Origin: Octopus bimaculoides
Taxonomy: Eukaryota
Assembly: GCF_001194135.2 (NCBI RefSeq)
Contig: NC_068997.1
Coordinates: forward strand, 54,031,475 to 54,095,474
Direction of reading: 5' to 3'
Length of the DNA stretch: 64,000 nt
A program made the position numbers and the translations under genes. The notes below the pieces were generated by a model. That model worked only from the letters and a program-made list of their open reading frames with translations. It searched no databases and was not told the origin of the DNA. Below, piece by piece: positions 56,735 to 64,000 of this stretch (position 1 is its first letter; every line of letters starts with the position of its first letter).

Positions 56735-56895
56735 TGCAACTGGCTTCTTTCAGTTTCTGTATACTAAATCCACTCACAAGGCTTTGGTTGGCCCGGGACT
56801 ATGGAAGAAAATACTTACCCAACGCACCACACAATGGGACTGATCCCGGAATTATTTGGTTGGGAAACAAATTTCCTATCACACAGCCACGCGTG
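56735..56895 (-). mobile_element. SINE family B, 5' part
   Basis: tctttcagtttctgtatactaaatccactcacaaggctttggttggcccgggactatggaagaaaatacttaccc. Confidence 0.8.
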
Positions 56896-57653
56896 AATCT
56901 GCACCTTCCCCAATTTCATAAGAAACCGAGTATTTTGGCGTTGAATACATTAAAATTTTGGTATCTACCACGCAACACATTGCTGTGAAGAGTGATTTTT
57001 TGACACTGAAGATTTATTTTCGATAATCCACATTCCTCCTATACAGGCAGGTTTATTTTATCTGCTATCCGTTTAATTAATGACACAGTTAAACTGAATC
57101 CCAATTTAGAAAACGTTAATTAATCAGGAAATTAAATTTGGATTTTCTATCCGACATTAACACAGTCTCGCCTAAACAAATTAATAAAATATTAGACAGC
57201 TGCCGGTGTTCATAACGGGGTTGTTTAACATTTTATATTTCATATCGCCTCTGGTGTCAAAAGCTATAAAAAGCAAACAGGCGTAATTAAGCTTCACCGG
57301 TCTCAGGAGAGGAACTACATTACAATTAAGGGTTGCTTCTTTATTTCAAGGCCGTGAATTGACAAACCTTTTAGGAGGTTGGATAGATTATCTGGAGTTA
57401 TTTGCTCCGAATCTATCCGTTCTGAGTTCAAGACCCATCCGAACAACTTCCTCATTCATCTTACAGGAGTCGGTAAATCAAGTGCCTATGTTGAGGTGGT
57501 CTGATTTGCCGTGGATCTGAACGGAAAACCACAAGATTTCCGAGAGAACTTCTTAGTCACACGTGAATCGAGAGGGAACTGGTTCAACTTAATACAACGT
57601 TGAACGCCAAGAAACACTTAGCCACCGGAATACCAACAGCGATGTATATTTAC

Positions 57654-57754
57654 CGAAGTCTCTTCCCTCGCCTCGTATACTGTGTTCGCATCTTTGACAA
57701 TGGACGATGCCATTACCAGTAGCGGTTATATTACACCGTTTTCTGCGTTCGTTT
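57654..57754 (-). CDS. Candidate exon 3 (NERRKRCNITATGNGIVHCQRCEHSIRGEGRDF), phase 2 to 1
   Basis: Pyrimidine tract tatttctgtctttgtc then ctaatag|; donor TCG|gtaaat. 101 nt, non-repetitive, protein-like composition. Confidence 0.6.
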
Positions 57755-57902
57755 CTATTAGCACCACGACAAAGACAGAAATATGAACCACNNNNNNNNN
57801 NNNNNNNNNNNNNNNNNNNNNNNNNNNNNNNNNNNNNNNNNNNNNNNNNNNNNNNNNNNNNNNNNNNNACACACACACACACACACACACATACGCACGG
57901 TC

Positions 57903-57962
<60 letters not shown>

Positions 57963-58722
57963 GTGTATGTGTGTGCATGTTGGTGTATATATGTATATAT
58001 ATGACCGTGTATATATATATTTCCATTTGTCCATGTGTATATATATATATATATACACACACATATAAATATTAACTACACACTGACTCCCATACGTACG
58101 ATCCGGATATGCTGATATAGAAAATAATGGATTGTAATGGAATAGATTAAAATAATCATTCGCGAAATTTGTCAATCACAATTGAATACAATGACCTGAC
58201 CTTTGAGGTCGAAACAGATGTCACCTTATTCCAACGTAGCAAATCCTTAAACAGCTACTCCTTCCTAAATTTATGAATAATATACTACCTTTTCGGAACT
58301 GCCAATATTAGTTATGTACAGTGCAAAACTATATAGTGTATATAGAATATATATAGTGTATATATAATGTATATTGACCGTTGTTGGTAATAGTTTATAA
58401 GTTTGGCGATTGCTTCATTATCGTTTGAAAGCTGGCACGATGCCATCAAACGATTGCTTATTACTGATTAGTCGGTCGGTTATAAGCGGCCTGCTTAGAT
58501 GAGCAATTGTTTCATAATAAAACTGAAATAGTCTATTAAAGCTTCAGACTTCATTGGAGAAATACAAACCTGAACACAGCAGCGTGTCAAATTGCAATTA
58601 TACTTAGTGGTGAGAAAATGATAGAGGCGTGAATGTATTTTAGAGGATAGCTTGATAGATAATGATATGGCGTGTCACTGTATCTAAGTTTGTGTCTACG
58701 TATATAATGTGTATGTAAGTAA

Positions 58723-58884
58723 AGGTGCAGACGAGGCCATGTGGTAACAGCTTTGCTTCTCAGTGACATGGTTCGGCTTCAGTCTTATTGCATGGCGTCT
58801 TGAGCTAATATGTCCTACTGTAACCTCGAGCGAATCACAGGCTTGTGAGTGGACTTGGCCGAGGGAAACTGAAAGAAGCCCGTC

Positions 58885-58927
<43 letters not shown>

Positions 58928-59150
58928 TATATATAAAGACGTGTGTGTGTGTTTCTATCTGTGCTTGCCAACACTCTACTGCTTAACAACCGGTATTGGT
59001 GTGTTTACGTCTCCGTAACTTAAGAGACTGATAGAATAAGTACCATGCTTGCAAAGAAGAAGTACTGGGTTCAATTCATTCGACTAAAACTTTTTCAAGG
59101 CAGTGCCCCTGCATGGCCGCATGTCTAATGGCTGAAACAAGTAAAAGAGA
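58723..59150 (+). mobile_element. SINE family B with internal (TA)n expansion
   Basis: Head, gaaactgaaagaagcccgtcg(ta)n, body and tail all match other copies. Confidence 0.85.
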
Positions 59151-59289
59151 AATGATATAACGTATATGAGAATGTTGAGGTGGTGTGTGTTTGTATGGTA
59201 TACTTGTGCGTTTGTGACTGTGTGTGTCAGTCGCGTGAGGAGCAAGTGTGTGTGTGAATGAGTTAATGTTTGTCTCTGGCACCGCTTAC

Positions 59290-59323
59290 GTGATACTGAT
59301 AATCAGTTTGTCACCGAATAAGT
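59290..59323 (-). CDS. Candidate exon 2 (N-LFGDKLIISI-T), phase 1 to 2
   Basis: Acceptor ttgcag|, donor CAC|gtaagc, 34 nt, in phase with both neighbours. Confidence 0.5.
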
Positions 59324-60063
59324 CTGCAACTCACTAATCCTGTGAAGGGTTTAGGGTGACTTTTGGCGCCTCTGCTGAGTGAAAACGCGTAGTTTTAAAC
59401 AAACGAAAACACTTCAGAGATTATGTGTGGCCACTGTCTAAACGAGGCAAATAAGTCTACCTCTTGGCGGTCAACCGGTAGAAAAAGAAGTACAGTGTCA
59501 TACATTACTGCTGTTGTCACTGTTGTTGTGTTCTGATGTTACCAGTGCTGTTCTTGTTGTTATGATACTGTGCCGGTGTGGTCGCTATTTTTGTTGTGAC
59601 GTCGCTATGGTGTGCGTTGTGGGTGAATGACCTTTGTAAGAACTAGGCTGTTGGTTTCGTTGATATCATTCGGAACTGAAATGTTGCCATGGAAACTGGT
59701 AAATTAGAAAGAGAATTGAGTGACTTCGTTTTTTTAATGTGTATTTGTTTTATTTTTTTTTAATATATTAGAAGCAGGTGCGTGTTAGAGTTATGTCGTG
59801 TTCTAGTGACATTGAGCTGGATCAGCTTGCACTGGGCTTTTAAAACATCTACGACAACAGATTACAACAGAAATGGTGGTGGTGGTGGTGGTGAGAGTGA
59901 CGGAAATGATGCTATTGTATTTAATGAGGACAATGACGACGACGACGACGATGACGACGAAGAGGATGTTGGTGATGTTGAAGACGGTGCTGTTAATGTC
60001 GATAAGCAAGCAATAGTGGGTGTATATACAAATCTACCATATGGCACACACACATACGCGCGC

Positions 60064-60100
<37 letters not shown>

Positions 60101-60102
<2 letters not shown>

Positions 60103-60515
60103 CACAGGAGTAGGTATGTGCTAAGAGGTTTGCTTCAGCCACATGGCTCTTGGTTCAATCTCTTTGCATGGCACCTTATAGCCTCGAGCCGACCAAAGCC
60201 TTTTGAGTGGATTTCGTACATGAAAACTGAAATAAGCCCGTCGTATATATGTGTGTGTTTATGTTGGTACTTATATATTTGTGTATGTGTGTGGGGTGTA
60301 TATGTGAAAGTATTTACGTCTGTATTTGTCCTCCACAATCGCTTGATAACTGGTGTTGGTGCATTTACGTCCCCGCAATCTAGCGGTTCGACAACAAGGA
60401 ACTACAGAATAATCACAGGCTCTACAATTTAAATACTGGAGACAATATAGTCGACTGAAGTTGTTCAAATTGGTGCCCCAGCATGGCCACAGTCTTATGA
60501 CTGATACCAGTAAAC
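60101..60515 (+). mobile_element. SINE family B
   Basis: gcctcgagccgaccaaagccttttgagtggattt...ggtgccccagcatggccacagtc. Confidence 0.85.
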
Positions 60516-60777
60516 GATACAAAGACGTGTTCGTGTGCGTCGTGTGGGTGCGGGTATGCATATGTGCGTATATATTTGTACTTGTGTGTGTGTGTATTTA
60601 CGTATATACATAGACACATTCATACAATTATCCGTGCATGTGTAAATACATGTAGGTCCCCTGATATGAAGGTGTATATCTGTGTGTGGGTGTACGTGTA
60701 TGTCTGAAGCATATATAAAACTGTGACTTCTCAAAGGACAAAAGACTAAAAGAAAGTCCAGCTTCAACGCGAGATAC

Positions 60778-60825
60778 TTTGAATTCCAATTATTTCCATT
60801 GAATTGTTGGCGTTGTTAGTTTGGT
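60778..60825 (-). CDS. Candidate exon 1 of an unidentified micro-exon-rich gene (xQTNNANNSMEIIGIQ), phase 1 to 1
   Basis: Acceptor ctcttgttctgtag|, donor AAA|gtatct, 48 nt. The only open frame joins in phase to 59290-59323. An upstream acceptor at 60857 would add VFCTKNSCSVD. Confidence 0.45.
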
Positions 60826-60958
60826 CTACAGAACAAGAGTTCTTTGTACAAAATACTCTGTAATCTTAACTCAGTGAAACCAAGTCTATTTATGGCGGAA
60901 GAAAACAGCGCGTTCTCACATATATTGGAAGTGATTTTATAACACAATGAATATTTAC

Positions 60959-60977
60959 CTTCGTTTCAATACTTCGT
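60959..60977 (-). CDS. Possible further upstream microexon (xEVLKR-R)
   Basis: Strong donor AAG|gtaaat, weak AAG acceptor. In phase only if exon 1 uses the 60857 acceptor. Confidence 0.25.
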
Positions 60978-61440
60978 CTTTATAATAAATGTGACAGAAA
61001 CGAAATTTATAATTTAATTAGCCATAAAGATCAGCCTCTAAAAATTTTCTTCTTAGTGTTATATATTTTGTTTTATCTGAATTTAACGTAGAGGAAGAAA
61101 TAAATATGTAAAGATATATGAAAATTTAAAATAGGTGTTCAAATATGTGTTCCACCTTCACGATGGTGACAATGTGAAGGTATTGTAAGTGTGTTGGGAA
61201 AAGTGGGTCGAGGGGAGGATAGATAAGTAGGAATACTATAACGGATAAAGAGAAAAACGGATATATATGTGTGTGTATATGTGTATGTATGTGTGCATGT
61301 ATATACACATACATATATGTGTATATATACATATATATAATATATAACACATACGTCTATATAAATATTTATTTATATATAGTTAGGTTGTGGTAGGGGA
61401 AAAGAGACAAAGTGATAGATAAGTAGATGAATATATATAT

Positions 61441-61475
<35 letters not shown>

Positions 61476-62672
61476 CACACATACATACATGTATCTATAT
61501 GTATATATAAGTAGAGAGAGAGGGAGAGAGAGAGAGAGAGAGAGCAAGAGTGAGGGAGGAAAGAGAAAGAGAAGAGAGAGAGAAAGAGAATTTCTGTGTC
61601 TGCGAGTGGTGGGCAGAGGCAGAACCTTAGACAATGGAACAGACATATATAGAAGAGGGAATGAAGAGAAGAAGGAGTTGTTTGGGAAATTTATAAACTA
61701 ATAACAAGAACAAAAACCATTCAATGTGTGAAAAGGAAAACGAAATTTGAGATGAAAGAAAGTGTTGAAGACGCTGGTCGTAATGATTAGCTCAGCAAAA
61801 TGGCGTCCGTTTCATATAATGGTGAGACTTATTTTCCAATTAGATTCCTCAGTATATACACATGCATACACATATAGGCGTGCATGTGTATGGATATGCG
61901 TATGTACGATCATGCGTGCGTGTACATACATACATACATACATACATTCGTACATACATGCATTCATGCATGGTGTATACATATACAGTATATATGTATA
62001 TCAATATATATATATAGATAGATATACGCCTGAATGTTTGTGAGTGTATGTATGTTTGTGTATGTGAATGTGTGTGTGTGTGTATGTATGTAGGAAGCTT
62101 AACGTTAATAGTTCGGCAAAAGTTTAGTCACACACACACACGCACGCACACATATATACTACAATGCATACAATATTATATATCCTGTACGTATTATACA
62201 TACATATATATTATGCGTTTATATGTATATGTTAATATATATTATGTATAAACCATTGCAAAGGCTTCCTTATACGATATGTGCTTCATTGAACGACGGG
62301 ATCCAATTATTGGGAGGACATCAAATGTTAGATTACACTTGGCGCTCTCTTTATACACACACGCACACACACAGACACACACACACTCACACACACATAC
62401 ACACACACATATATACGCTGCGACTTCAATTTTCAACTGTTGTCTGATCTCCGGTCCAAATAATTATGTACATAATTTACGATTTCACAATATACATTAT
62501 TTATAACTGGTTCCAGTGTCCCTTCACCAATTCCATATTAAATTCCATTTTCCATTCCAATGAAGACATATCATCTGAGGAGATTTGCCATTTTTGATGC
62601 CTCTCTGAGAGTTATTATGTACACATACAGCCTCACAAATATTTGTGGATATCTGTATGTGCGTATGTGCAT

Positions 62673-62706
<34 letters not shown>

Positions 62707-63239
62707 ATATATANNNNNNNNNNNNNNNNNNNNNNNNNNNNNNNNNNNNNNNNNNNNNNNNNNNNNNNNNNNNNNNNNNNNNNNNNNNNNNNNNNNNNNN
62801 NNNNNNNNNNNNNNNNNNNNNNNNNNNNNNNNNNNNNNNNNNNNNNNNNNNNNNNNNNNNNNNNNNNNNNNNNNNNNNNNNNNNNNNNNNNNNNNNNNNN
62901 NNNNNNNNNNNNNNNNNNNNNNNNNNNNNNNNNNNNNNNNNNNNNNNNNNNNNNNNNNNNNNNNNNNNNNNNNNNNNNNNNNNNNNNNNNNNNNNNNNNN
63001 NNNNNNNNNNAATAAAATGATGTAAAACAATGTAATCATCTTGTCAGTGAAAAAAGAGAAACATATGTCGGAAGTATAAAGATTTCAATAACACCTGTGT
63101 GTAACCCCCATTTCTTGATTTATGAATGTGATATAAAAATATTTCACTAAACCCTGGAAGTTCTATTTGTATATGTAGGATTAACATCCTTGGCACATGT
63201 GAAATTTTGCTACCCTGGTAACTATTTTTTTTTTTTTCC

Positions 63240-63545
63240 GAGAGCACCACTTAAGAACAAAGAGCAGTTCCATTAGAAAATAAACAGAGCTTCTGTATAA
63301 TATTTCCTATGTGACAACTCCACTATAACTGGAAGAGAACCTATCGACACTGATTTCGTAGCATGAATGTAGTAGTAAATTAAATGTCTATGTGAGAACT
63401 AATATACGAAAAGCTACCCAGGGGGCGTCTAGTCAAGATATACTGACCACCTGGTGAAAGACTCTGGCCTACTGGAGAGTGACCTGAAAGAGAGGCTGTT
63501 GTCTCTAGATCACATGACGAAGAAGCTGGCTATAAATAATAAGAG
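63240..63545 (+). mobile_element. Decayed RTE-like LINE 3' fragment
   Basis: SRYTDHLVKDSGLLESDLKERLLS, similar to the RTE C-terminal GRP..YID.L..DTGL...L...M pattern. Confidence 0.4.
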
Positions 63546-63727
63546 ATGCAAAATGTAATGTTTTCTGTGCAATGTTTTCTCTTAATTTTAATGCTCGGAA
63601 ATACACAATTAATGGCAACTTTAAATCGCAGGTAAAGCCACAAGAAGCCACTGTAGTACGGAGAAAAAAAAATTCAGAATCAAATCTATTCATGGTTTAA
63701 TCGTTATTCTAAAAATTGCACCGACAT

Positions 63728-63770
<43 letters not shown>

Positions 63771-63923
63771 TTGCAAGATTTTTGATGTGAAATCGTGTGT
63801 TGAAACAGATGTTGTTGTACTTGGGGATGGTCATATTGCCAGTTTAGCCAATAAAAACACACGCACTGTATATTTGGTGTTAATTTGCTTCAGCTTTATA
63901 TTACATTAATCTTAATCTTATTT

Positions 63924-63969
63924 CGGCCAGAGTTCTTTCGTCACACTTCTGTGACCTCATCAGCAGTCC
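63924..63969 (-). ncRNA. Hammerhead-like motif, uncertain
   Basis: CUGAUGA G GUCACA-GAAG-UGUGAC GAAA G-AA-CUC. Perfect 6-bp stem II, but stem I is weak (G.U, U.G, C-G, mismatch). Confidence 0.35.
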
Positions 63970-64000
63970 TTTGTTTCCTTCTTTCTTATGTGTGTCTCAC

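Noticed and set aside
61800-61821. Plus-strand aaaATGGCGTCCGTTTCATATAATG|gtgaga as a first exon
   Set aside because: Good start context and donor, but no downstream exon or other support in the window.
63459-63491. Minus-strand 33-nt exon (HSPVGQSLSP), in phase with exon 1
   Set aside because: It lies antisense within an RTE-like remnant; splice signals are probably fortuitous, though exonisation is not excluded.

Overview
AT-rich animal genomic DNA from a gapped draft assembly. It is dense in microsatellites, tRNA-derived SINEs and decayed LINE and mariner fragments. The repeat families look to me like those of Octopus/coleoid cephalopods (recall, not a search). None of the supplied ORFs is a credible intact gene. 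Reading the minus strand by hand gave 12 small GT-AG exons (16-101 nt) over about 59 kb. They splice in phase into one open 644-nt frame (214 full codons, 10 Cys, an RRKR site) that I cannot assign to a known family. Other notable items: a type I hammerhead ribozyme fold inside an inverted-repeat element (30.5-30.9 kb); two copies of a Penelope-type minimal-hammerhead repeat plus a third hammerhead-like motif; a 559-bp near-perfect palindrome; and a 5'-inverted R4/Dong-type LINE. All calls were made by eye. Repeat boundaries are approximate.
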